From assembly GCA_028534125.1 (NCBI GenBank), contig CM052817.1, positions 38,752,001 through 38,816,000 of the forward strand: DNA of 64,000 bases. Reading direction: 5' to 3'. The notes beneath the pieces are model-generated. The model searched no databases and had not been told where the DNA came from. It saw nothing but the letters and a program-made list of their open reading frames with translations. Made by a program: the position numbers and the translations under genes. Source of the DNA: Lama glama (taxonomy: Eukaryota). Below, in pieces: positions 49,101 through 61,100 of the stretch. The number at the start of each line of letters is the position of its first letter. The stretch's first letter is position 1.

Positions 49101-52100
49101 ACGTGGGCGTCAAGACGTACCTGACCAATCACCCGGCTAAAAAGTTCGTTTTTGACTTCATGCGGGTCTTAATCATAGACAACCTCTGCCTTACCCCTGC
49201 CAGCAAGCAGACTCCACTGATTGACCTTCTCTTGGAGGTAAAGACAAAGAAATGCCGTTACATCTCATTTGCATGGTTTTTATAATGAGACTGTTAATGA
49301 CCAAGCAGGTTTTATGTCAGATATCTTTCAGATTTCTAATTCTTTTGGGTTGTAAAGGCAGAACATATATATTATGGGCTATGGGAATTTTTTTATCCCA
49401 AATACCCTATTGATTCGTTTCTCTTCTTTCTACTCCTCTTGGCATATCCTTAATGCAGTCCTTTATTACCCTTTCCCTAGACCAGGAATTGACAAACTCT
49501 TTCTGTGAAAGGTCGGATAGTAAACATGTTAAGCTTCATGGCCATACAGTCCCTCACAGCTACCCCACTCTGCCCTTGTAGCTAGCAAGTGGCCACAGAG
49601 ACTACGTAAACGAGTGAGCGTGGCCGAGTTCTGATAAAACAGGCGTAGGCTGGATTTGGCCCACAGGCCATAGCGAGCCAACTCCTTCCTTCATCACTTA
49701 CAGCAGCACTGTCCCCTCAGCTTATGACTCCTTCCTCCAGCCCCTCTTATGTACCATTTATGGTACTATTGCTGTTAGTATCCTGTGCGGCTTGAGACAT
49801 AGTGCATTGCACATAGTAGGTGCTCAATATGCAGTTGCTGAATTTTACAAGGCAGCAAACTTGTAGGTTGCTTGGTGTCTTAGCTCAGGCTACAATGACA
49901 GATTACCATGGACTGGGTGGCTTTGATAGCAGTTACTTCCCACGGCCCTGGAGACTGAAGTCTGATGTCAGCTTGGTCAGGTCCTGGTGAGGGCGGGCCT
50001 CCTTCCTGGCCTGCAGATGGCTGCCCCTGCTCTCATGTGGCAGAGAAAGAGCTCTGGTGTTTCTTCCACTTTAAGGGCATGAATCCCTCCACGGGGCTCT
50101 ACCCGCATGGCCTCATCTAAACCTTTTGACCCCTGGGAGAGTTCCATCCCTTAATACCATCACATTGAGGGTTAGGGCTTAACTTAGGAATTTTGAAGGG
50201 ACAGAAACATTAAGTCCATTGCTTTTGCTCATTCTCTCTTGATAAGAGAAAAGAGTCAGCTGATACATCAGAAAGCAAACCCTAAGTGACCACACTGCTG
50301 ACTCTAGAAATTGGCCATCCCTGAAAACCACATGTTCACCTAGAAAGGTCTTGAGAAAATAAAAGATCACAGAAGGGAATCTAATATATAATAGCTTCCT
50401 ATACATTCATTCTTCTGGCCAAGTCATGTAAATAGGGTCAAGCGGCCCATGCCAGAGTTGTGAAAATAATGTTTTATGAAAGACTCAAATCAGTGCAGAA
50501 GACCAACTGCATGTCTGTCGGAGGAGCTTCCTCTGGGCTGCTCAGCAGGTTGACAGCTGAACCTGCACTTTCTCTGCTCCCTCTAGTGGCTAAAACAGTT
50601 AACTTTTCATTTGAAACCTTAAAACCGCAGCAGATGTTTTATCTTGGTCATATGAAAATACCTCAGTTTGGTCAATTAAAAGAAATCACTAATGTATTTT
50701 AGTTACCAGTCATGCTATGCACTTTCATGTTTAATTAAATTAAACAGGACCACAATGTTTAAAACTGGCAGAAAAAATAGTCTTTTTCATCTGTAATCCA
50801 TGTGGTAGAATTTAAAAGCATGTGCCAGTGAGAGCTTGTCCCCTTTGGACATGTTACAAGTAAGAAGAGAGATGGCTCGTATCCCAGCACATCAGGGAAG
50901 AATTTGAAGCACTCTATACAAAATAAAGTGGTTATCAGAAAATAAGAGAATAAAATTCAGAATGGATGTATGTAAGAAAGCATAGCTGAGACAAAAAATA
51001 AAGTACACATGTGTAGAAGAAATGGCGTAAATGCATGTTCCCAGGAATGACATTTTCCGTCTTGTAGGAATCTTAATAGCTAATTAACTGGCTATGGGTG
51101 AACGATACAGTTGTCTTTTATTTAGGTTTTCTGTATTTTTCAGTAGGGAAGGTTTGATATGACATGCGTTAACCTTGAGGTAACATGCTCGTTGTTGTGG
51201 ACGCTAATTTGCTTTACAGTGGAATTCCGTCTGTACGAGGGGCTAGGTGGTGGGAGAGAGAACAAGAGAACGTCAAGATTGAACCCCTCAAATAGATGAT
51301 TAAGTCCTTAACTTAGGGACCAGCTTTCCTGTGTCCTTTCATCTCTCACAAAATTAGCACAGTGCCATGGTGTGTTCTTAAAGTACTTTTTAATCATTTG
51401 ACTATAACTACACCCCTGGGCAATTCCCAGACAGGAAAATATGATACCATCTAATAAGAGAGATTTAAATTTACTTCTAGAAATAAATGCTTCGGGGAAT
51501 TTCAGATCTAATACACACACAGGATACACATACAGAAAGAATTTAGTGGAAATACTGTTGCTCTCCATGTATTCCTATAATGTAAAAAAATAAATTACAA
51601 GCGTAGGATTGTGAGTGAAGAAATTTTCTTGAAGAAATTCAAGAAAAGAATTACCCTATATATGTACCATTTACTACTGCAGGGGTAGAGGTTTGAACCA
51701 ACTGACTTTCAGTCTGATATGCTCATGCCAGGTTATTTTCAGTCTTACGGTTGCTGAGATTTCATCATAAGAGTATGTATTTACATGATTATATCTAGAA
51801 AAGAATGTGTGAAATTATCTTTATTAGCAATCTGTAGAAGTAGAAGATTCCCATTCAGATAAACTGGTTTGAGTGGGACTCTGAGGCCAAATACAAGGAA
51901 GGCCATGGAGTGTCATAGAAGAATCATGGGTTTTGGAGTGAGAAAGACCTGGTTCGAATCTGGCCCTGCTGTTTATTGTATAAACATTTTCATCTCACTG
52001 AGCTAAGTTCATTCTCTGGAGAATGATACTATATACTGTCACCCCTGCATGATTGTTATGAGAGTTAAATATATGTAAATCTCCCAGCAAAACTCTTCTG

Positions 52101-55100
52101 AGAAATTAAATGTGTGTTGTTTATAGCTGTGACCTCAGCCAAGCTCAGTTCCCTTCACCCCATCAGTTTGCCCATCTCTAAAATGGTATAAAAATAGAAC
52201 CTATCTCTGAGGACTGTTAGGAGAATTAGATAAGATAATATGCTTAAGATTCATAACACAGTGCCTGGCACATAAGACTTGCTCAGAAAGTTACGTGGCC
52301 GGTGTTGGCTCATACAGGGGCATCCAGGGCCTCTCGCAGCTCCCCTTCGCCAGTGTCCTCGCTGTCACCAGCAGGCATGTGGGGCGGGCCAAATGAGCTT
52401 GCTGCACAGGAATACCATTGTGGCAGCGGAAGGGACGTATATGAGAGCAGATCAAAAAGTATTTGTATCTGCAGAAGGAGGGAAGGATAATGAAACTAAG
52501 GAGGCTGCCTTGGAGCGTGTGCTTGTCTGACGCCATAGGCATTTTTCTGTAGTTGAACAGTTCACTGCTTTCTACCCCAGCCATCTTCTCAAAGACCTCC
52601 CCATTCATGTCAGAGTGAAACCCACCCTGGGCTGTAGTTTATCTTTGTGCCCTGAGCTTTTATTCAAGATAATTTGAAAAATCATCTTTGTACTGTATAA
52701 AACCATCATCAAAGGTCTACCTATAGAGTGGTTTGTCGTCCACTTTATAAAAACCCACAGGGAACATTCTTCTCAGAACAGTTTTAGGAAAACATTGCTG
52801 ACTATCTAGTGTGCTCCCTTTTATAGATAATAAAAAGCTTTGTAAATTGTACTATCTTTTTTTCTCTCCTTCTTGACCCTAGGATGCTCAAAGCTAAATT
52901 TTGTGCTTAATTAACTTTTTGATATAAATATTCCCCTCCCCATTGACTTCACCGTCTTGGTTACTAGATTCCTGAGTTTTAGAGTTTGTTTAAATGGCTT
53001 TATGATTAATTATTTTACCTGTATCTTATTAGAAACTGCCAGATCTCTTTTGGAAGTGAAGTATAATCATAGATATCAAATATTTATTAAATACTTTAAG
53101 TATTTAGAATACTATTTTTAGAGGAATGGATTCAAAACAAGGTGTTTCACCTTTGCTTCCATTAAAAAAGAATTATTTCTTTAAGCTTTTATTCTTGGGG
53201 GGGAGAATTAGGTTTGTTTGTTTGTTTATTAAATGAAGGTACTGCGGGTTGAACCATTGCATACTAAGCACGTGCTCTACCACTGAACTGTACCCTCCTC
53301 TGCCACTTCAATTGTTTTTTAATCTGTGGTCAGAGAAGTAAGAGCATTTAAGTATACATTCCGTCTCTCATGACATATTTTATTACTTACCTGCAGGTTT
53401 GTTTTATATAATTATGTAACTATGGTAATGTAACTGTAGTTGAGCCTTTGTTTGGTTGGTTCTGTTTCTAATTCTGAATTTTATTGACTAGGCTTCCCCT
53501 GAAAGATCTACAAGAACTCAGCAGAAGGAATTTCAGACTTACATTTTGGATAGTGTGATGGACCATTTGCTTGCAGCTGATGTCTTACTGGGTAACACTC
53601 TGTTTTATTTTCACTTTGTGAAAGGACCTATAATCACTCTGCTCTGCCCAAACCCCAAGTATACCTTCTTTTGAACTTTATCTCTTTACTACTTTTTTGT
53701 GCATTTCCCCTCTTACTGATATTTTCTATGATGAGAAATGTGCCTGCCCAGCTCTTTCCTTTGAGCCTGAGATAAAGAATCATCAGCAAGAAGCACTTAA
53801 GCTGCTTGTCCACATTTGTACACTAAGAAGTGGCAGGAAGAGGACAAGGAAAGAGGAAAAAAAGTTTTTAAAACTATAATATGTAAGCAGGTTGTATTTA
53901 TTAATAATCAATACTTTTTAAAATTAACTGACTGTAATATACTTACAAAGAAACAAATGATAAATGCAGCACTCCATGAATTACCAGCCAGACAGCATGC
54001 CTGTGTAAGACCACTCAGATGGAAATGCGTTACCAGCACCTTTGGAAGTGCCCTCCTGCCCTGACCCAGTTACTGCTCACCAAGTCACTGTCTCCGCTGC
54101 GAAAACAGCAGATTCATTTTGCCTGCTTTTGAGCCTTATATACACAGAATCATGCAATATCTTTAGTCTAGCATTTCACACTCAACATTATATTTGTGAG
54201 ATTTTTCCATGTTGTTGCATGTAGCAGAAGTCCATTTATTTTCATCACTATGTAGTGTCCTATTGTATAAATATATAAATTTATCCATTTTGCTGTTGAT
54301 GGACATTTGGCAGTTTCTAGTTGGAGACAAGTAGAGATAAACCTGCTATAAATGTTCTTATTCATATGGGCCACACATGTATAATATTTATACGTATCTG
54401 TTGAGTCTACACCTATGATTGGAATTGTAGGGTCTAGATATCTGTGTTACTCTTCAGAGTGGCTTCCAGGACATAAAATCAAAGCACATTAAAACATTTT
54501 TTTCTGTGTGTCTCTATCTAGTTACAATAAAACTATAAATATTTATATGTAAAAATGGAGCTAACATTTATATGTAAAAATGATAAAAATTTAAAGGAGA
54601 AGGAAAAGTAATGATTTAGCATATTTGCCGCTCGAGTTCCTAGTGATAGTATTAATCATGGGACCTTCATGCTATTACATTATCTTTTTTTTTTTTTAAC
54701 AAAGTAAATTTGCCAAGAAATCTTTAGTATTGTCTTAACATGCAACTCTCAAATCATGGTGTCAAGTCAAACTTTGTTTTTATCACTTGAGAATCCTATA
54801 ATATCAGTCTTACTACATAAAGACACAAAACTAAGAGTTTTGCATCATGGAGTGATTCAGAGTTAGGTGGGAACCGTCATCACAATCAGTGCGGGCTCCT
54901 AACTTGCAGAGAGGAGGGCCTTAGAGGGAGCATTCTCGGTCGAAGGAGGAGCCAGGAGGGTCGGCCTGGGGGCAGCATGCACACAGCAAGCACACTGAAG
55001 GCACTGGGGCAGCCAGCAGGAGAGAACCGGACTCATGGAGGGGTGAACAGGCCCCCTAGGCACCACCACCGCTGATTGTGGTTCATTTTTCACAGATCTT

Positions 55101-58100
55101 CTGAACCTCTCTTCTGCCTGTATTACTTCCTTGTGCTTAGAGGTATAGTCAGAAACAGAGGGTTTTGTTTAATGGTTTGTTTTACGCTTTTATTACTTAC
55201 ACAGAATCAATTTACAGCTAATAAACTGACTTAATTTTTCTCTCAAAGGGAAATCATCTGTCACTGACAGTTTAAGTTGAACAACAGTTTGCTTTTCTCA
55301 GACTATCTTATGGCAGTAAGAGACTTCAGTCTCAATCTGTAATACTTCCATCCCGAAGAAATTACTTCTTCCAACACGTCTCTGACGTCTGGCCGTAAGC
55401 ATCGTTTGCTTTCAGTAGTACGTGAGAGCTGACGGTCCCACTTCTAAGTGCAGTGGATGTCCTCATTTTGCCTAAGCCTGATTTGTTTGAGGATCTGCTG
55501 TTGTGCTGCTGGACAGCAGTTTTCTTACACATTTTTTCCCTGCTGGAATTTAGGGGAAGATGCATCTCTGCCTATCACCAGTGGAGGGAGCTACCAGATA
55601 TTGGTGAACAACGTGTTTTATTTCACACAACGTGTGGTGGACAAGCTTTGGCAAGGCATGTTCAACAAAGAATCTAAACTTCTTATCGATTTTATAATTC
55701 AACTAATTGCACAGGTAATCCATTGTCATATTAGCCGTAGAAGTACATGTTTTCCTGTTGAAAAACTTTGCCTAAGGTGTCAAAATTTTTGGACATAAAT
55801 GTAATTAATAAGGTCATGAATGTTGACATTTAATGTAAAGTGCAGCTTATTGAAAATGAATAAAACATGTAGACCTGTAACCCCACCCGTCTGTAGCCAT
55901 AGCCTGGTGCCAGAGTTTTTAACGTGTTAAGCTTCCTCATTCTCTCGAGCTGTGGACTCTGACTGACTTCCGCACTGGTATTGCTCTTTGCTGCCCACAC
56001 AGCCGGATGGCTTCCTTTTGGTTTAAAGACTTTGCACTAATAGGATTTGATAGGTTTTTACAGTATGTTGCATCAGTGTATAAAGCTTTACAGAGGATGA
56101 AGGGTTGATATTAAGAGCATTCTCTTCTTGTAATTGAATCTTTACAAAGTCCATTGTAGTCCTTATTCCTTTGAAGATGTCATTTTAGTGCATGTTTGTG
56201 GTACCCTTGACTAAGGAATATTGGCCTCGTTTGGCACCAGTGATTCATCTTATTCAACACGCAATGTAAAAGTAGGAAATAACCGTTGTCGTGTGTCGTT
56301 AGCATATGGTGCAGAGGTTCCTGCGTGTCACCCAGGAATTTTTTAAGAATAAATTTGTATTTAAGCCGAAGAGAAGTTCTCAAGTGAGGAGATAAAGCTA
56401 GAATGTTAGAAGTAGTTTTTTTACGAACGTTGTAGGTAATTTTTAAATTTTTATTTATTTATTTATCTTAGTAATTTTGCGTAGAGATCCATGACCCTAA
56501 CAAAACTGGGTGGGTGGGTGACCCTACCCAGAGGGCACTTCTTCGTGTTCTCAGAAAGGCGTCTCTGCCCCACAGGAGTGCTAGCAGCTCTCCTCATCAA
56601 GAGATGCATTCATCCACAGCACTCATCGCATTGAATTACATTTATGTGTTTCTTGGGTTCTGAACCTCACAACAGCAAGAGATTTGTATTTTTTAACGTA
56701 GCATCCCAGTACTTAGCATGGTGTCTAGTACATAATAAACCTAATAAATGTTCGTGTATGAATGATAAGCAGATTTTTTTTGGTCCATTTTACTAAATAA
56801 AGTATCTCTCATATCTTTAGTCAAAAAGAAGATCGCAGGGATTGTCACTGGATGCGGTTTATCACTGCCTCAACAGGACCATCTTGTACCAGTTCTCCCG
56901 TGCACACAAAACCGTTCCGCAGCAAGTAGCTCTCCTTGATTCGCTCCGGGTCCTGACTGTGAACAGGAACTTGATTCTGGGCCCTGGGAACCATGACCAA
57001 GAATTCATTAGCTGTCTGGCTCACTGCCTCATTAACCTGCATGTTGGAAGGTAACTCTTTTAGGTTCAGTTTGCCAACTTGAATTTGTCTTTGATATTTT
57101 CCACCAGAACTCTTTGTTCTACTTTTTTGCTTTTAACATTTCTTTTTTCTTTAATCTCAGTTTTATTTAAAACTTCATGAAAAAAATGTTGCGTTTTTGC
57201 AGTGAAATAATGATTTTTTTCCCCTTTAATTTTCTAGATCTTTAAATTTTTCATCAGTTACATGTCACATGTAATTTTAAAAAGAGTTTGCATAAATTAG
57301 TTACACATTGTTGGAGGTTAAGGCAGGTAAAAAGAAAAGAATGCAATCAATAAATGTAATGGTATATGTTGAATAGGTAAAACTAGTATTTTTGTATTGA
57401 TTGCTTGGAAAGGTATTTCTTTGGTGTCTGTTGGGGGTGAGGCATTGAATTAGGGACTGGGATAAAATGTGAGAAAGCCCCTGGGGCAGGTCTTGGAGCA
57501 TGCAGACTAGGAGGGAAGACTGATAACAAAGCAATCCAGTCGGGTGTGCTCAGTGCTCCGCCGGAAGCAAGGTGCTTTGGGAACACACCACAGGTGTCTC
57601 TATCCTGGGAGAGACACCTGCTAAGTTACAGGTTGAACCTGGTTGAGAAGGAGGTTAATCCTCCAAAGAGAATGGGGAAGAGTGATGTGGGAAGAAAGAG
57701 TTACCTATGCTCAGAGGGGAAAAAAGAATATGACACATCTGGGAAACAGCAAGAATTTCACTGCTGCTGGTGCATAGAGTGGTGAGATAAGAGATGGGAG
57801 AGGAGGTACAGGCACATGAGGAGAATATTCTTAAATGAACTTTTTGGTAAAACTTACTAGTGGTCATAAAAGCATCTAAATAGTTAAGATGCTCGTCTTG
57901 ACGCTATAGTTTAGTTTAATTACATTTAGTCAAGTGCATTTGTGAGATCACCCCTTAAAAATGGCATTTTCATGATAAATTAGTTCTATTTTGTGCATCT
58001 GCCATATGTCTGTCTGCCAATTATGGAACTTTGTGACAGAACCAGCATTTACTTGTGTCTGCAGAGTAGTACTTAGTCATTACAGTTTTCAGCTACAATC

Positions 58101-61100
58101 ATTTCCTTCATATGGTTTAAACTGACTGGAATTTTTCAGCAATGTGGATGGATTTGGACTGGAAGCAGAGGCCCGCATGACTACGTGGCACATTATGATC
58201 CCCTCTGACATTGAGCCACATGGTGGTTACAGCCAAGATATTAGTGAAGGTAATTACTCCCAATTTTTTTTCCCTTTTCTCCCCACTCATTTTTTGATTT
58301 TTAAGATATAACCAAATAAACTGACTTCAGAAACTGCCAACATTGACAGCTGATCTCCCCAGAGGGCACACGTGAGCGTATACCAGTATGCCCACCAACA
58401 TACAGCAACGTGCTAGCTGTGCATCTCCTTATGCCAGGATGGGTAAACCACTAGCCACTGATACTGCTAGCCCTCAATATTTCATTATAGCACTGGGAAA
58501 CACCATGATATTCACATTTGCACGAGTAGCAATGCCAATACTAACTTAGCACTTATCGTTGAGAGAGCTGCCTGTTAGTAGTGTTAAGCCAGTCACATTA
58601 GAGGCAGGTATTGCTTGAGACAGGTTGTCAGTACGACCATTTTTATTCTCTTTTATTCTTTCTTTTTAATCTAGTTTTCCCACTGATTTTCTAAGTTTTG
58701 TGCATTGAAGTCTTTGGGTAGATTGATTTCTAATTCCCAACGTTCAATAGAAAAGAGCAGATAATTAACGGTAGTGTGTGTGTCTCTCCAGCATATGATT
58801 GTATCTTTTGTGAGTCCAGCACTCACTCTTTCATTTAAGCATGAATTTGTTCTCTGTTCTTTCCTTAAAATTTCTTGAACCCCAGACACTGAGGGCTAAA
58901 AGTGATTGTTTTCACCCCTCCAAGGAACTGACAGTCTAGAACACTGGTTCTCAAAGCGAGGTGCTCAGACTAGTAACATCAGCATCATTGGGGAGCTTCT
59001 TAGAAAGCAGATTCTCTGGCCCCACTCAGATCTACTGAGTACTCAGTACTCAATAGCAGGGCAGGAGGGTGAGGACCGGCAATCTGTTCTAATAAACCCC
59101 CAGGTGATTGTGATGCTTGCTAAAGATTGGCTGGCTAGGGCAGGAATCAGACAAATTAGCAAGGAGTCCAAAGCAGGATGAAATTGAATAGTAAAAACTC
59201 TAAAAATATTTGTTAATTTTTTCCCTCCTTTTGCAAAATATTCAAAAACAACTAACTTAATTGTGAAAATACCTTAAATATTTAGATCTAAAATTTACTT
59301 TTAAATAGGGGATAAGGTCTTATATAGAACGACTAGATGATGAAATGTGTATGTAACTTCCAGTTTTATAAATAAAAATGCAGTCTTTTTGCATGAATAT
59401 AAAGATTTTTTTATTAAGTTTTCCAGGAAGGCAACCACATTTTTGCTTACCTAAATAATCCTTTTTACTGAGCTGGGTATGATATGAAGCATTTTTTGGG
59501 CAATTAAGTACTGTGCATCTAAACTGAAATTCTTAGATGTAAAACAAGAAAACAAATACTAATTACATTTATATCCTTCTTGATCAGTTGCTCTTTTTTA
59601 TTTCCTAGGGCGTCAGCTGCTTATAAAAGCTGTCAACAGAGTCTGGACTGAACTGATTCATAGTAAAAAGCAAGTCTTGGAGGAACTTTTCAAAGTCACC
59701 CTACCCGTGAACGAACGAGGCCATGTGGACATAGCTGTAGCAAGGCCGCTCATCGAAGAAGCTAGCTTGAAGTGCTGGCAGAACCATTTGGGTAAGAAAG
59801 TCTACAGGGATCGTGTGACCAAGAAACTTACACAAGGCAATCGTATATACGAAAAGTCAGACTTCCCCAAAGGATATTATGATGGCAGTAGAAATGAAAA
59901 ATCACTGCAGTATAATCATTCTAGAATAATTATGCTGAGATTGGGCTTTTCTTCTTATATTTCTTAAAAATCTGAGATGTTTTATACATCAGGCATATAC
60001 GAGCTTAGAAAATAATACATTGCTCACAACTTAATATGGTCACCATCTTGGCTACAAGTTCATATCCCTTATCCAAGCTCATGAAATTCAAAATACCCTG
60101 AAAACCCAAGGTATTTTTATTAATTTGGTGCCAAAACTCGCTTGGTAGCAAAACCTAACCTATCTTTGTTTATCATACTAAGTATGAATATTCACACAAT
60201 TTGCTGCAAAAATATTTACTATATTACTAATTACGGTTTGTTACCCTCGACCCTCTGGTGGTATTATATAATATACAGTATATGTACCATATCACCTTTT
60301 AAACTTCAAAACATTCTAAAGTTCAAAGTATGCACAGTGCCAAAGCTTTTAGGTAGGGGATTGTGAATTGTTAACACAGACACTGATGACATTTAAAATA
60401 AATTTGCATATTATTACAGAGCTGTGAGGTTTCAACCAAATCTAAGTTCAATTAGTACAATAATTGTCAGGCAGCTATCCTTTTACAAGATCACCAATAA
60501 GTGAATGTCATGTGTAAGACAGTGTCTGCATCTGTAACATAAGCTGTTTTTGATAACTCCAGAACTTTGGTTTGTAACCATTATGTAAAAGTATTACAAG
60601 TAAGACTAACAAATGCATGGAGAAAATGTAAAATCATCTGAATTTAATTTTGTAGCCCATGAAAAGAAATGCATAATTCGAGGAGAAGCTTTAGTGCCCA
60701 CCACACAATCTAAATTGTCCCGTGTCAGCAGTGGCTTTGGTCTTTCCAAGTTAACAGGATCGAGAAGGAATCGAAAGGAAAGCGGTCTTAATAAACACAG
60801 CCTTTCCACCCAGGTACGTTGTTTAGTTTCATTAATGATATTACTAGAAATTTCAAGGTTTAGTTGTAGGATTTTGTGTAATACACTTAACACATGCAAA
60901 CCTATAATATAAAATGAAACTTTTCTGCATTTTTGCTTTAGAAGAGAGAAATAACTCAGGTTATAGGATCTTCTCCCATTTTATTATGGTCAAATTGCAT
61001 TATGAATGTTGTGTATTTACATCCATCTTGTAACTGGACATAAGATGAGATTCAAATATTGATATATGATCAGACTATGGATAATTTTTTCCTAACTTTT

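Noticed and set aside
12756..54582. Short tandem duplications (12756-12791, about 15011-15060, 20943-20981, 22351-22386, 54541-54582)
   Set aside because: Isolated two-copy duplications of 18-30 bp are ordinary slippage events. There is no repeat-spacer array, so this is not CRISPR-like.
60790..60795. AATAAA inside exon 30
   Set aside because: It simply encodes Asn-Lys; there is no evidence of use as a poly(A) signal.
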